A DNA stretch of 54,459 nt. Origin: Acidobacteriota bacterium (GTDB lineage Bacteria > Acidobacteriota > Terriglobia > 2-12-FULL-54-10). Below, in pieces: positions 37,180 to 47,175 of the stretch. Location of the stretch: positions 1 to 54,459 of the forward strand of contig JADFGZ010000001.1 in assembly GCA_022567475.1 (NCBI GenBank), written 5' to 3'. How positions within the stretch are numbered: the stretch's first letter is position 1; each line of letters opens with the position of its first letter. The position numbers and the translations under genes were made by a program. The notes beneath the pieces are model-generated. The model was not told the DNA's origin. It was given only the letters and a program-made list of their open reading frames with translations, and ran no database searches.

Positions 37180-38823
37180 TTACGTCTCCCTTTCCGCGAC
37201 CAGAGCAGCCTGCGGAGGAGCTTCCGGAGACGGCATGTGGGTGCGCCACCAGCGCTCGGCTCGCTCCGGGCTCCAGGTTTCGGATACCTCGCAAGCAGCC
37301 AGCCGCCGGGAGAGTTCCAGCGCGCTTTGTGGCCGCCTGTCGGGCTCTTTTTCCAGGCAGGACAGGATGACTTGCTCCAGGGATGAGGGAATCTCGACCT
37401 CGGTTCGTTCCGACGGCGGGATGGGAGGGGTTTGGAGGTGGGCCAGCAGCATGGCCATGGGAGTGCTTCCCTCGAACACGAGCTGTCCTGTCAACAGCCA
37501 GTAGCCGACGCATCCCAGAGCGTAAATGTCGGTCCGCGCATCGACGGTTTTGCCCAGCGCCATTTCCGGCGGCATGTAGGCCGGCGTGCCCGTTGTGGTT
37601 CCCTCCACGGTGAGCCGTGTCTGAGCTTCTTCCGATTGCATGTCATCCTTCACCAGGCCGAAATCGAGCACCTTGATGAAGTCATAATTCAGACCCAAAC
37701 GGCAGGAGAAGATGTTCTTGGGCTTGATGTCGCGGTGAATCAATCCGTTGCTGTGCGCCTCGGCCAGGGATTCACAAGCTTGCTGGAGAAAGGAGATGAC
37801 CCGTTCGGGCGGCAGAGGACCGAAACGCTCGACGAGCGAATCCAGATCGAGCCCGTCCAACAGCTCCATCACGTAGTAAAAGCATCCGTCATCGGCGGTG
37901 CCGAAATCGTACACCGCAACCGTATGGGGAGAATGGAGCGCGGCGGTAGCCTGCACTTCCCGCTCGAAACGGCGCGCCACTGTGCCCGCCCGTTTATCTT
38001 TCATCATGCAGACATCGGACCGAATCATTTTGAGAGCTGACGTGCGCGCCAGCATGCGATGTTGCGCTCGCCAGACCTCTCCCATGCCGCCGCTGCCGAG
38101 CGGTTCGAGCAGTTTGTAACTCCCCATCTCCCGCGCCTTGCTGACGTCGCACCCCAGCCGGTAGATGAAGCGGGACAACAACATGGCCCCCGCGGCAAAC
38201 CAGAAGTTCGGGAAGAATAAGCCCAACCACAGGCCAGGCGCAGGAACAGTGCTTTGGTGGAACAAAATCGATACCGCCAGTCCGGCCGGACCCATTGCGG
38301 CGGAGGTCAAAGCCGCCAAAGTTGTCTTTCCAAACGTGCTGGGCACTACAAGGATGAAGAAAGTGATCCAAACGACGATCGAGGAGTTGCCTTGACCCAG
38401 CAGATTCGAAGAAGATGGCGGCACGCTGAATTCGACTAAAGCGATACAGAAAGCGCCGACGACTTCAAAGAGGAGGCCGATGTCCAGCATCAAGCGGTCC
38501 GGCAGCTTCCGGCTCCACGCCAGCGCGCAGACAACCAAACCGGAGACAACGGCGACAATCAGGCCGATGTCGGCAAGAGGAAAAGGCGCCGGAAACAGAG
38601 AATGCTCGGGAACGCCTTCGGGATGGCCGCTGTAATGGCTCACAACGCGAAGAGCGATATGGGAGGTCACGTAAACAAGCGCGAGCCACCCTAATCGGTT
38701 GACCGCCTTTTCCACCAGGTCGGGCGGCAGATCATAGCAATGGATCGTGCTCCGGATTGAGCCGGTTGGCTGCGGGGTTTCCGCCCGGACGACCTGCGCG
38801 GGTTGGTTTTCTGGCTGCTGCAT
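37180..38823 (-). CDS. Membrane Ser/Thr protein kinase (N-terminal multi-TM domain, C-terminal Hanks kinase)
   Basis: About 6 TM segments in the first ~230 aa, then 'GSGGMGEVWRA', 'ALKMI', 'HRDIKPKNIF', 'DFGLV', 'TPAYMPPE'. Confidence 0.85.
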   Translation of the reverse strand: MQQPENQPAQVVRAETPQPTGSIRSTIHCYDLPPDLVEKAVNRLGWLALVYVTSHIALRVVSHYSGHPEGVPEHSLFPAPFPLADIGLIVAVVSGLVVCALAWSRKLPDRLMLDIGLLFEVVGAFCIALVEFSVPPSSSNLLGQGNSSIVVWITFFILVVPSTFGKTTLAALTSAAMGPAGLAVSILFHQSTVPAPGLWLGLFFPNFWFAAGAMLLSRFIYRLGCDVSKAREMGSYKLLEPLGSGGMGEVWRAQHRMLARTSALKMIRSDVCMMKDKRAGTVARRFEREVQATAALHSPHTVAVYDFGTADDGCFYYVMELLDGLDLDSLVERFGPLPPERVISFLQQACESLAEAHSNGLIHRDIKPKNIFSCRLGLNYDFIKVLDFGLVKDDMQSEEAQTRLTVEGTTTGTPAYMPPEMALGKTVDARTDIYALGCVGYWLLTGQLVFEGSTPMAMLLAHLQTPPIPPSERTEVEIPSSLEQVILSCLEKEPDRRPQSALELSRRLAACEVSETWSPERAERWWRTHMPSPEAPPQAALVAERET

Positions 38824-39107
38824 CGGAACCTAATATTAAGCCATGAACAGCGGCATGTAAATGCAAGTTGCCACCGCTTGTCGGGCAGGGACGACGGCTC
38901 CTTATATTCGATTCCGCTCTGCCGGGATCGGTTCATCTTTCTGCTCATCTCCTCTGTAGCCCTCCCCCGCGCCGTGAGATAATTGCTTCCCGTTTTGAAA
39001 TCAGTGGCGCGCTAAGAATCGGAGCGCATCAATAGACCTTTGCGCCGTCCGGGAGTTCCCGATTCCCGGCTGCTGCGGGCGAAAGAAGGAGCGGAAGAGA
39101 AAAAAGG

Positions 39108-41414
39108 ATGCTATTGGCGGTTGCAGTCCTTTCCGGTTTTGTGATGGCGCTCGCTGCGCCGTGGCTGCACCGGATTGCGCGGAGCACTTCCGGGTGGGTG
39201 CTGGCGCTGTTTCCTGTGGCTCTGACTGTCTACTTCGCCGGCCAGGCGGGCAGGGTGGCGGCGGGCGAGGTTTTAGCGGTCAGCATCGATTGGGTGCCCA
39301 GCCTCGGCATCGCTCTGTCGTTCTACCTGGACGGATTGAGCCTGCTGTTCGCGCTGATGATCAGCGGCATTGGCGCGCTGGTGGTGGTCTACGCTGGCGG
39401 ATATCTGGCAGGGCACGCTCACCTGGGCCGGTTCTACGCCTTCCTGTTGATGTTCCTGGCCTCCATGCTGGGGCTGGTTCTCGCAAATAACGTGATCACG
39501 CTGTTCGTATTTTGGGAGCTGACCAGCGTAAGCTCCTATCTGCTGATCGGCTTTGAACACGAGAGGGAAGCGGCGCGGCAGGCGGCTCTGCAGGCGCTGC
39601 TGGTGACGGGGCTCGGCGGGCTGGCGCTGCTGGCCGGGCTGCTTTTGCTGGGGCAAGCCGGAGGAAGCATGGAACTCTCCGAGTTGCTGACCCGCGGAGA
39701 AGCGATCCAGGCGCACCCCTTTTACGCGCCGATTCTGCTGCTGATCCTGGCCGGCGCTTTCACCAAGTCGGCCCAGTTTCCGTTCCACTTCTGGCTGCCG
39801 AGCGCGATGGAAGCGCCCACGCCGGTCAGCGCCTATCTGCATTCGGCGACCATGGTCAAGGCCGGAATCTACTTGCTGGCGCGGTTCAACCCGGTGCTGG
39901 GGGGAACGGAGCTTTGGTTTTATATCGTCACCGCCGCCGGAGCTGCCACGATGCTGATTGGCGCATACCTGGCCTTGCAGCAAAGCGACCTGAAGCGAAT
40001 CCTGGCCTATTCCACCATGAGCGCGCTGGGAATGATGGTGCTGCTGCTTGGGCTCGGCACGGAGCTGGCCGTAAAGGCGGCTATTGTTTCGATACTGGTT
40101 CACGCGTTGTACAAAGGCGCGCTGTTTCTGGTTGCTGGGGCGGTGGACCATGAGACCGGCACGAGAGATGTGGACCGGCTCGGTGGACTGCGGCGCGCCA
40201 TGCCTATCACGGCGGCGGCGGCGGCGCTGGCCGCACTTTCCATGGCCGGGCTTCCGCCTCTGTTCGGCTTCATCGGCAAGGAGATGGTCTATGAGGCGGT
40301 TTTTGAAGCACCAACCGCTGTTGTTCTTTTGACCGGCGTGGTTGTCTTGTCGAGCATGTTCCTTCTGGCCGTGGCCGGCGTCGCAGGATTGCGGCCCTTT
40401 TTCGGAGAACGGGCCTCCACGCCCAAACATCCGCACGAGGCGCCGCTGAGTTTATGGCTCGGTCCATTCTTGCTGGCGGGACTGGGTTTGTTCAGCGGGC
40501 TGTTTCCGGGCGCCGCCGGATGGCTTGTTTCGCCCGCTGTCGCAGCCACCTGGGGGCAATCCACCGGCGTCGAGTTGGCGCTGTTTCATGGATGGAGTCC
40601 CGTGCTGCTTCTCAGCGCTATCACCGTCGCCGGAGGTCTCGGCCTTTTTGCCGGCCGTAGTGCATGCCGCCGGGCGGCGTCCCGACTCGCTATCGGTTCC
40701 CGGTGGGGGGCCACGCGTTGGTATGAACTGGCGCTCGATGGCATCAACAGGCTGGCTCGGGCGCAGACCCGCTTCCTGCAGAGTGGCTACCTGCGGTACT
40801 ACTTGCTGACGATCATCGCGACGATGCTTGGGCTGACCGCCTATACGCTGCTGAGCCGGGCCGGGCTGCCCGTTCCGCAGGGTAGCTTGCAGGTTCCCTT
40901 ATACCAAGCGGTCCTGGCGGGGTTGATCCTGCTGGCAGCCCTGGCGGCGGTGCGCTTGCAAACGCGTTTGGGAGCGGTGGCGGCGCTGGGCGTCGTCGGG
41001 TATGGCGTCGCTTTAATCTTTGTCTTGTTCGGCGCGCCGGACCTGGCGATGACGCAATTCCTGGTGGAGACGCTGACCGTCATTCTGCTGGTGCTGGTGC
41101 TGTATCACCTGCCGCGTTTCGCGACTCTTTCGACCAGGCGCGAGCGGGTTCGGGACATGGCGGTGGCGCTGCTGGCCGGAGGGTTGATGACGGCGCTCGT
41201 ATTGGCCGCTGCCGCGGTCCAACCCCAGCTTGAAGTTTCCTCTTATATGGCCGATCACAGCGCGGCACTGGCGCACGGGCGCAACGTGGTCAATGTCATC
41301 CTGGTGGATTTTCGCGGGCTCGACACGTTTGGCGAGATCACGGTTTTGGCCGTCGTCGGCATTGGAGTTTACTCGCTGCTCAAGCTGCGAATCCGGAAAG
41401 GAGACCGTCCGTGA
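39108..41414 (+). CDS. mrpA: Na+/H+ antiporter subunit A (MrpA/MnhA, NuoL-like with MrpB-like extension)
   Basis: 768-aa polytopic protein with NuoL/ND5-type motifs ('[14 protein letters not shown]', '[37 protein letters not shown]'). First gene of a seven-gene overlapping operon. Confidence 0.9.
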   Translation: MLLAVAVLSGFVMALAAPWLHRIARSTSGWVLALFPVALTVYFAGQAGRVAAGEVLAVSIDWVPSLGIALSFYLDGLSLLFALMISGIGALVVVYAGGYLAGHAHLGRFYAFLLMFLASMLGLVLANNVITLFVFWELTSVSSYLLIGFEHEREAARQAALQALLVTGLGGLALLAGLLLLGQAGGSMELSELLTRGEAIQAHPFYAPILLLILAGAFTKSAQFPFHFWLPSAMEAPTPVSAYLHSATMVKAGIYLLARFNPVLGGTELWFYIVTAAGAATMLIGAYLALQQSDLKRILAYSTMSALGMMVLLLGLGTELAVKAAIVSILVHALYKGALFLVAGAVDHETGTRDVDRLGGLRRAMPITAAAAALAALSMAGLPPLFGFIGKEMVYEAVFEAPTAVVLLTGVVVLSSMFLLAVAGVAGLRPFFGERASTPKHPHEAPLSLWLGPFLLAGLGLFSGLFPGAAGWLVSPAVAATWGQSTGVELALFHGWSPVLLLSAITVAGGLGLFAGRSACRRAASRLAIGSRWGATRWYELALDGINRLARAQTRFLQSGYLRYYLLTIIATMLGLTAYTLLSRAGLPVPQGSLQVPLYQAVLAGLILLAALAAVRLQTRLGAVAALGVVGYGVALIFVLFGAPDLAMTQFLVETLTVILLVLVLYHLPRFATLSTRRERVRDMAVALLAGGLMTALVLAAAAVQPQLEVSSYMADHSAALAHGRNVVNVILVDFRGLDTFGEITVLAVVGIGVYSLLKLRIRKGDRP

Positions 41415-41824
41415 GTTCCCTGATCCTGCGCACGGCCACGCGTCTCCTGAAGCCGTTGATGCTGTTTTTTTCTGTTTTCGTGCTGCTGCGCGGCCATAAC
41501 GAGCCCGGCGGCGGTTTCGCGGGCGGGCTGATGGCGGCGGCGGCCTTTGCGCTCTATACCATCACCTTTGACGTGCCCTCGGCGCGCTCTGCGCTGCGGA
41601 TTGACCCGCACAATCTTGTCGGAGCGGGACTGCTGCTGGCTGCCATCAGCGGCGGCATTTCCCTCCTGCAAGGACGGCCCTTTCTGACCGGGCAATGGAT
41701 TGCCTTGCCTGTGCCCGGCGTCGGCGAGGTGGCTCTGGGCACGGTGCTTTTGTTTGATACCGGCGTCTACATGGTGGTGCTGGGCGTGACCTTGCTGATT
41801 ATCTGGTCGCTCGCGGAGGAGTGA
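41411..41824 (+). CDS. mrpB: Na+/H+ antiporter subunit B (MrpB/MnhB)
   Basis: 137-aa, 4-TM protein with '[16 protein letters not shown]'. GTGA overlap with mrpA. Confidence 0.85.
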   Translation: MSSLILRTATRLLKPLMLFFSVFVLLRGHNEPGGGFAGGLMAAAAFALYTITFDVPSARSALRIDPHNLVGAGLLLAAISGGISLLQGRPFLTGQWIALPVPGVGEVALGTVLLFDTGVYMVVLGVTLLIIWSLAEE

Positions 41825-41825
41825 G

Positions 41826-42173
41826 ATGAACACCTGGATGGCATTCGTCATTGGCGGCCTCTATGCCGCGGGTTTGTACATGATGATGCGGCGCAGCATC
41901 GTGAAACTCATCATCGGCCTGGCGCTGCTGAGCCATGCGGCGAACCTGCTGATCTTCACGGTGGGCGGGCTCACGCGCGGGCGGCCTCCTCTGATCGCGG
42001 CGGGGGAAACCAGCCTGGCGGCTCCTTTCGCGGATCCGATCCCCCAGGCGCTGGTTTTGACGGCGATTGTCATCAGCTTTGGAGTCCTGGCGTTCGCGCT
42101 GGTGCTGGTGCATCGCACCCACCAGACGGTCGGCACGGACGACCTCGACAACTTGAAGGCGACCGATACATGA
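41826..42173 (+). CDS. mrpC: Na+/H+ antiporter subunit C (MrpC/MnhC, NuoK-like)
   Basis: 115-aa, 3-TM protein with '[10 protein letters not shown]' and '[16 protein letters not shown]'. Confidence 0.85.
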   Translation: MNTWMAFVIGGLYAAGLYMMMRRSIVKLIIGLALLSHAANLLIFTVGGLTRGRPPLIAAGETSLAAPFADPIPQALVLTAIVISFGVLAFALVLVHRTHQTVGTDDLDNLKATDT

Positions 42174-43705
42174 ACGTGTTGTTGGTGCTCCCTATATTAA
42201 TTCCGTTGGTGACGGCAGCCGTCTCGTTGCTGGCCTGGAGGCGTCCGCGCTGGCAACGCTGGCTGGGCATTGGCGGAGCGGCCGCGTTGCTGGCGGCCAG
42301 CTTGGCGCTGCTCGAAAGCGTCCGGAACGGCGGCATCCAGACAGCCCAGATGGGAGACTGGCCTGCTCCTTTCGGCATCACTCTGGTTGCCGACCTGTTT
42401 TCCGCGATCATGGTGGTGATGGCCGGGTTGGTGGGTTTCGCGGTGGTGGTGTACTCTACCGCCACCGTGGATCACCGGCGGGAATCGTTCGGGTACTATC
42501 CGCTGCTGCACATCCTGCTGATGGGCGTCTGTGGCGCCTTCCTGACCGGCGACATTTTCAACCTCTATGTATGGTTTGAAGTCATGCTGATCGCCTCCTT
42601 TGTGCTGCTGGCGCTGGGCGGGGAGCGCGAACAGTTGGAAGGCGCCTTCAAGTACGTCACGCTCAACCTGATGTCCTCGGCGTTGTTTCTGGCGGCGGTG
42701 GGAATCCTCTACGGCGTGGCGGGCACGCTGAACATGGCCGACCTCGCCCGAAAGCTGCCCCAGGTGGAGCAATCCGGTTTGGTGACGACGCTGGCGATGC
42801 TGTTCCTGGTGGCGTTCGGCATCAAGGCGGCGGCCTTCCCCTTGTTCTTTTGGCTTCCGGCTTCCTATCACACCCCGCCGGTTGCCGTGTCGGCCCTCTT
42901 CGCGGGCCTGCTGACCAAAGTCGGCGTGTACGCGCTGATCCGCGTTTTCACGCTGCTCTTCACGCAGGAGGTATCCTATACCCACACGCTGATCCTGGCC
43001 GTGGCCGGCCTGACCATGGTGACGGGTGTTCTGGGGGCGATGGCGCAAAATGAATTCCGGCGCATTTTGTCGTTCCACATCGTCAGCCAGATCGGATATA
43101 TGTTGATGGGTTTGGGGCTGTTCACGGTGGCGGGACTGGCCGGCTCGATTTTCTACATCATGCATCACATCATTGTAAAAACGAATTTGTTCCTGATTAG
43201 CGGTGTGGCGAATCATTTCAGGGGCACGTACCAGTTGAAGGAGCTGGGAGGACTCTACCGCGCCTACCCCGGCTTGGCCGTCTTGTTCCTGATCCCGGCG
43301 CTGTCGCTGGCGGGTGTCCCGCCGCTGTCTGGGTTCTTTGCGAAGCTGGGGCTGCTCCAGGCCGGATTGGCAACCGGGCAGTACGCCATTGTTGCCACGG
43401 CGTTAGGCGTCAGCTTGCTCACTTTGATTTCAATGACCAAGATCTGGGCGGAGGCTTTTTGGAAACCTGCGGCCGCACCGTCCGTAGACCCGCCTGCCGC
43501 CGGGACGGGAACGCCGCAGGATCCGTCCCAACATGATCCGCCCAAAGGGAGTCTCGCTTTGTTCGCGCCCGTGGTCGTATTAGCGGTTTTGACGCTGACC
43601 ATGGGGTTGGTCGCCGAGCCGTTCGTCGGCCTGGCGATCCAAGCCGCCCATCAATTGATGAATCCGGCTGGCTACATCGAGGCTGTTCTGGGAGGCCGGC
43701 CATGA
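42170..43705 (+). CDS. mrpD: Na+/H+ antiporter subunit D (MrpD/MnhD, NuoN/M-like)
   Basis: 511-aa polytopic protein with '[15 protein letters not shown]' and '[40 protein letters not shown]'. ATGA overlap with mrpC. Confidence 0.9.
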   Translation: MNVLLVLPILIPLVTAAVSLLAWRRPRWQRWLGIGGAAALLAASLALLESVRNGGIQTAQMGDWPAPFGITLVADLFSAIMVVMAGLVGFAVVVYSTATVDHRRESFGYYPLLHILLMGVCGAFLTGDIFNLYVWFEVMLIASFVLLALGGEREQLEGAFKYVTLNLMSSALFLAAVGILYGVAGTLNMADLARKLPQVEQSGLVTTLAMLFLVAFGIKAAAFPLFFWLPASYHTPPVAVSALFAGLLTKVGVYALIRVFTLLFTQEVSYTHTLILAVAGLTMVTGVLGAMAQNEFRRILSFHIVSQIGYMLMGLGLFTVAGLAGSIFYIMHHIIVKTNLFLISGVANHFRGTYQLKELGGLYRAYPGLAVLFLIPALSLAGVPPLSGFFAKLGLLQAGLATGQYAIVATALGVSLLTLISMTKIWAEAFWKPAAAPSVDPPAAGTGTPQDPSQHDPPKGSLALFAPVVVLAVLTLTMGLVAEPFVGLAIQAAHQLMNPAGYIEAVLGGRP

Positions 43706-44187
43706 GCGCGTTTCTGTGGAACCTCCTGCTGGCAATTATCTGGGTTGCCTTGACGGAGCAATTCACTCCGGGGAACCTGATGGTCGGCTTCGGATTAGGC
43801 TACCTGATTTTGGCCTTTGCGCAACTTGTCATGGGGAAGGAGAAGGGGAAGTCGAACTACGTCTCCAAGGTGCGACAGGTTTTCGGATTTGCTCTCTATT
43901 TCCTGTGGGAGCTCGTTCTGGCGAACCTCCGGGTGGCTTACGACGTGGTGACGCCGACTCACCACATGCGGCCGGGGGTGATCGCGATCCCGCTCGACGC
44001 ACGAACCGACGCAGAGATCACTGTGCTGGCCAATTTCATCACGCTTACGCCCGGCACTCTCAGCCTGGACGTGTCGGAGGATCGCAAGGTGCTGTATATC
44101 CACGCCATGTACATTCATGACCGCGAAGCGCTCCGGCGCGAAATTAAGAGCGGGCTGGAACGGCGGGTTTTGGAGGTGATGCGATGA
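43702..44187 (+). CDS. mrpE: Na+/H+ antiporter subunit E (MrpE/MnhE)
   Basis: 161-aa protein with '[13 protein letters not shown]', '[24 protein letters not shown]'. ATGA overlap. Confidence 0.85.
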   Translation: MSAFLWNLLLAIIWVALTEQFTPGNLMVGFGLGYLILAFAQLVMGKEKGKSNYVSKVRQVFGFALYFLWELVLANLRVAYDVVTPTHHMRPGVIAIPLDARTDAEITVLANFITLTPGTLSLDVSEDRKVLYIHAMYIHDREALRREIKSGLERRVLEVMR

Positions 44188-44471
44188 CTCCCGGTGAGCT
44201 GGGACCGCTTTCGACCGCGATTCGTGTGGCGTGGGTCATGCTGAGCGCGGGCCTCGTGCTGGCTTTTTTTCGCCTGGTCCGAGGGCCCAGTCTGCCGGAC
44301 CGTGTGGTCGCGCTGGACCTGACGGCGACCCTGGTGGTGGGAATGATTGCCGTGGATGCCATTGCCAGCCACCAGCCGGTGATCCTGGACGCTGCCATCG
44401 TCGTTTCCTTGGTCGCCTTTGTAGGCACGGTGGCCTTTGCCCATTACGTGGAAAAGAGAGGGTCGGAATGA
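44184..44471 (+). CDS. mrpF: Na+/H+ antiporter subunit F (MrpF/MnhF)
   Basis: 95-aa, 3-TM protein with '[17 protein letters not shown]'. ATGA overlap. Confidence 0.85.
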   Translation: MTPGELGPLSTAIRVAWVMLSAGLVLAFFRLVRGPSLPDRVVALDLTATLVVGMIAVDAIASHQPVILDAAIVVSLVAFVGTVAFAHYVEKRGSE

Positions 44472-44908
44472 GGGAAGCAATTGCAGCCGTTCTGATCGTC
44501 ATCGGCGCAACCTTTATGCTGCTGGCTGCCATTGGCATCGTTCGCATGCCGGACCTGTTTACCCGAATGCAGACGGCCACCAAGGGAGGCAGTCTGGGCG
44601 TCGTCTGCACATTCCTTTCCGTGGCGGTTTACTTTGGAGAATTTGCCGTCACCTCGCGGGCTCTCCTGATTATTGCTTTTTCCTTCTTGACCGCGCCGGT
44701 AGCGGCCCACATGATTGCGCGGGCGGCATATTTCGTGGGCTACCGGTTGTGGGAGGAGACGGTGATCGACGAGTTGCGCGGCCACTACGACCTGCGCACG
44801 CACGCTTTGGACAGCGGCGCCTATGAGGTCGTCGGACGGAAGCCGAAGACCGAGTTGCCGGACTCCGGCGCAGCGAGCGGTGGAAAAGCGAATGCTGAAA
44901 AAGAGTAA
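44468..44908 (+). CDS. mrpG: Na+/H+ antiporter subunit G (MrpG/MnhG)
   Basis: ATG 44468 overlaps the mrpF stop. 'IGATFMLLAAIGIVRMPDLFTRMQTATK', 'FLTAPVAAHMIARAA'. The longer ORF from 44231 is an out-of-context extension. Confidence 0.85.
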   Translation: MREAIAAVLIVIGATFMLLAAIGIVRMPDLFTRMQTATKGGSLGVVCTFLSVAVYFGEFAVTSRALLIIAFSFLTAPVAAHMIARAAYFVGYRLWEETVIDELRGHYDLRTHALDSGAYEVVGRKPKTELPDSGAASGGKANAEKE

Positions 44909-45566
44909 AGAGTCGGGAGGGCGCGTATTGAGTCAGCGCAGGGAGCAAGCGCATGGAGTATCAGTGCGGAGCGAAACGCGCCATGATTGACGTTCGAGCC
45001 ATGAGCAAGCTTTTCGGGAATGGGCCGCGGCTTTCTGGGAAGCTGCTGAGAATCCGGGGCATCGCCTTGTTCTGCTGATCCTTCTTATCCTTCTTATCCT
45101 TCTTACTTATCCTTACCCAGGGCGGCGGGCTTGCCGTCCGCGCCTTGCAGGAAACTCGAGTTGACCGAGTCCAGACAGACCCCATTCCCGCGTCGGAGTT
45201 TTCCCGCATCATTCGCGATTTTTCCGGACAGGGGGGATTCTTTTCCTCGGACAACTTCATCGATGAGCCAGGTCACTTCCTGGATAGCGGAGGACGGCTA
45301 CAACTTTCTGCGGGACCTGCATCCGGCAGTTCTGCCCGATCATCGCATGACCACCTTTGACCGTCTTCCTCACTGACCACGATCAGGGGCTTTATCCCGA
45401 TTCCTGGGCGCTGGTCACCACGCGCTACATTGCCGGCAATGGACACTGAACATCAGGCTGCGGCTGCGGGCAAAAACCGGGCCAGTAATTGGCATCTCAG
45501 ATTGAATGGAACACAAGGAACCTTGGTTTTTCAGAGCCCATCTGTACTATGCTGAAAGCAAGAGCC

Positions 45567-45605
45567 GGGCGGTTAGCTCAGTTGGTTAGCGCGCCTGCCT
45601 TACAA
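45567..45605 (+). pseudogene. Truncated tRNA-Val(TAC)-like 5' half
   Basis: GGGCGGT-TA-GCTC-AGTTGGTTA-GCGC-G-CCTGC-CTTACAA reproduces the acceptor 5' arm, D-arm (one mismatch: GCGC instead of GAGC), anticodon 5' stem and a loop with anticodon TAC. The next bases (TCCTG...) cannot pair with CCTGC. No T-arm or acceptor 3' strand was found in the following ~200 nt. Confidence 0.6.
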
Positions 45606-45789
45606 TCCTGGTATCTTGCGGTAAATCCTTCATCATCTGTCAAGTCTGTTTATCCTGAGCCCGCAAAGCACGGGGTTTTTAGGGTATTTTGAACAACATT
45701 TTGAACCTAAATTTCGGGTCCGGTCAGTTATGATAGACGCTCACTACGAGTAGCACAAAAAATCGGTCCGTTCAGGAGACAAAACCAAT

Positions 45790-47175
45790 ATGACCCAATC
45801 ATACATTCTGCGACAGAATAGAGGCATTGTTGCGATTCTGGCTGTCGTAACCGCAGTAGCCGCCTGGGTGCTATTTGCCGGGAAAGCGAAACCGCAGGAA
45901 TGGAACCGAGCATCCGAGACCACTGTGCGAAGACCCACTGGTTTTCCGCAACTGGTCTCCCAGGAGCCATTGCCGGGCATGGATGGGATGATGTGCCAGT
46001 GGGAGCCCGTCAGTGCCAGCGCCACTTTGTTGGCTGCTCTTCGGCAGGAGCAAACGGCGGCTGGCACGGCGGCGCCGGCCGGGGATGCTGATCGAGCCCC
46101 TTTGCGGGTCATACGGGATAGTTATCCAACCTATAGCGCCGTAGCAGTCGATACCAATTCCAATGAAGTCTATCTCCAGGATGAAAACCTGTTCGGCTAC
46201 AAGGTCTTCAACCGGCTGGACAATACTCCTCCCTCGGCCAGTTTTACCGAGCCCAAACGTATGGTCGGGGGATTTAATACCAAGCTGGAGTTCAACTGCG
46301 GGCTTTACGTGGACCCGGAGACCGGGGATGTCTATTCGGTTGCCAATGATACGGTCGACACGCTGGTCATCTTTCCTCGCGACGCCAGGGGGAACGTGGC
46401 TCCCAAGAGAGCGCTGCGAACCCCGCACGGCACCTTCGGCATCGCCGTGGATGAGGGGAACCAGGAGTTGTTCCTCACGATCGAGCATGACAATGCGGTG
46501 GTGGTGTATCGCAAGATGGCCGAAGGGGATGAAGCCCCCCTCCGCCTCCTCCAGGGAGACCGGACTCGCCTGGCAGACCCCCACGGGATTGCAGTGGACA
46601 CGAAAAACAATTGGATGTTTGTCAGCAACCACGGCTCGGTTCATCAAGACCGTGCCGGTGGAGGGTCTGTGCCGCCGAACTGGCCGCTGGGGACGGATGT
46701 ACGCGGCTCCGGAAAGTTTTTGCCTCCCTCGATTTCGGTCTATCCCCTCAAAGCGAGCGGGGACACTCCTCCGCTGCGTGTTATCGAAGGCCCCAATACG
46801 CGGTTAAACTGGCCGGCAACGGTGTCCTTGGATCAGGAGCGCGGGGATCTCTACGTTGCGAACGATGCCGATGACTCGGTCCTGGTCTTCCGCACGACCG
46901 ATCACGGCGACGTGGCCCCCAGGCGGGTCATCAAAGGCCCCCAGACAGGCATCAAGAATCCAACGGGCGTGTTTGTCGACCTGAAGAACGAGGAGCTGTG
47001 GGTGTCCAATATGGGCAACCATTCGGCCACGGTCTATCCTCTGTCGGCGAATGGCGATGTCGCGCCGCTGCGGACCATCCGTAGCGCGCCGCTCGGCAAG
47101 CTGGCGCTGGCGATTGGAAATCCCGGAGCGGTAGGCTATGACAGCAAGCGGGAAGAAATTCTAGTGCCGAACTGA
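45790..47175 (+). CDS. Membrane-anchored beta-propeller repeat protein, N-terminal part (7 repeats), ending at in-frame TGA; probably continuous with 47176-48003
   Basis: TM anchor 'GIVAILAVVTAVAAWVLFAG'. Seven repeats of the type 'G[DN]VAP.R.I.GP.T.[LI]..P.G[IV].VD....E[LI][FWY]V.N'. The TGA at 47173-47175 falls mid-repeat. Confidence 0.75.
   Translation: MTQSYILRQNRGIVAILAVVTAVAAWVLFAGKAKPQEWNRASETTVRRPTGFPQLVSQEPLPGMDGMMCQWEPVSASATLLAALRQEQTAAGTAAPAGDADRAPLRVIRDSYPTYSAVAVDTNSNEVYLQDENLFGYKVFNRLDNTPPSASFTEPKRMVGGFNTKLEFNCGLYVDPETGDVYSVANDTVDTLVIFPRDARGNVAPKRALRTPHGTFGIAVDEGNQELFLTIEHDNAVVVYRKMAEGDEAPLRLLQGDRTRLADPHGIAVDTKNNWMFVSNHGSVHQDRAGGGSVPPNWPLGTDVRGSGKFLPPSISVYPLKASGDTPPLRVIEGPNTRLNWPATVSLDQERGDLYVANDADDSVLVFRTTDHGDVAPRRVIKGPQTGIKNPTGVFVDLKNEELWVSNMGNHSATVYPLSANGDVAPLRTIRSAPLGKLALAIGNPGAVGYDSKREEILVPN

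Noticed and set aside
44961-45376. Short ORFs in the post-mrp region (99 aa minus, 81 aa and 71 aa plus).
   Set aside because: They are mutually overlapping, in shifting frames, with low-complexity K/D stretches. They are better explained as fragments of a decayed gene than as functional CDSs.
45567-45800. Intron-containing tRNA-Val (a group I intron in the anticodon loop).
   Set aside because: No anticodon 3' stem, T-arm (GGTTCGA-like) or acceptor 3' strand (complement of GGGCGGT) was found in the following ~230 nt before the next CDS. It is treated as a truncated tRNA instead.
47173-47175. Possibility that TGA is globally reassigned (for example to Trp or Gly) in this organism.
   Set aside because: TGA terminates many well-supported genes here, including the ABC ATPase at 4532-4534, mrpA at 41412-41414, and the ATGA overlaps of mrpC/D/E/F. 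Any decoding of 47173 and 51723 must therefore be site-specific.
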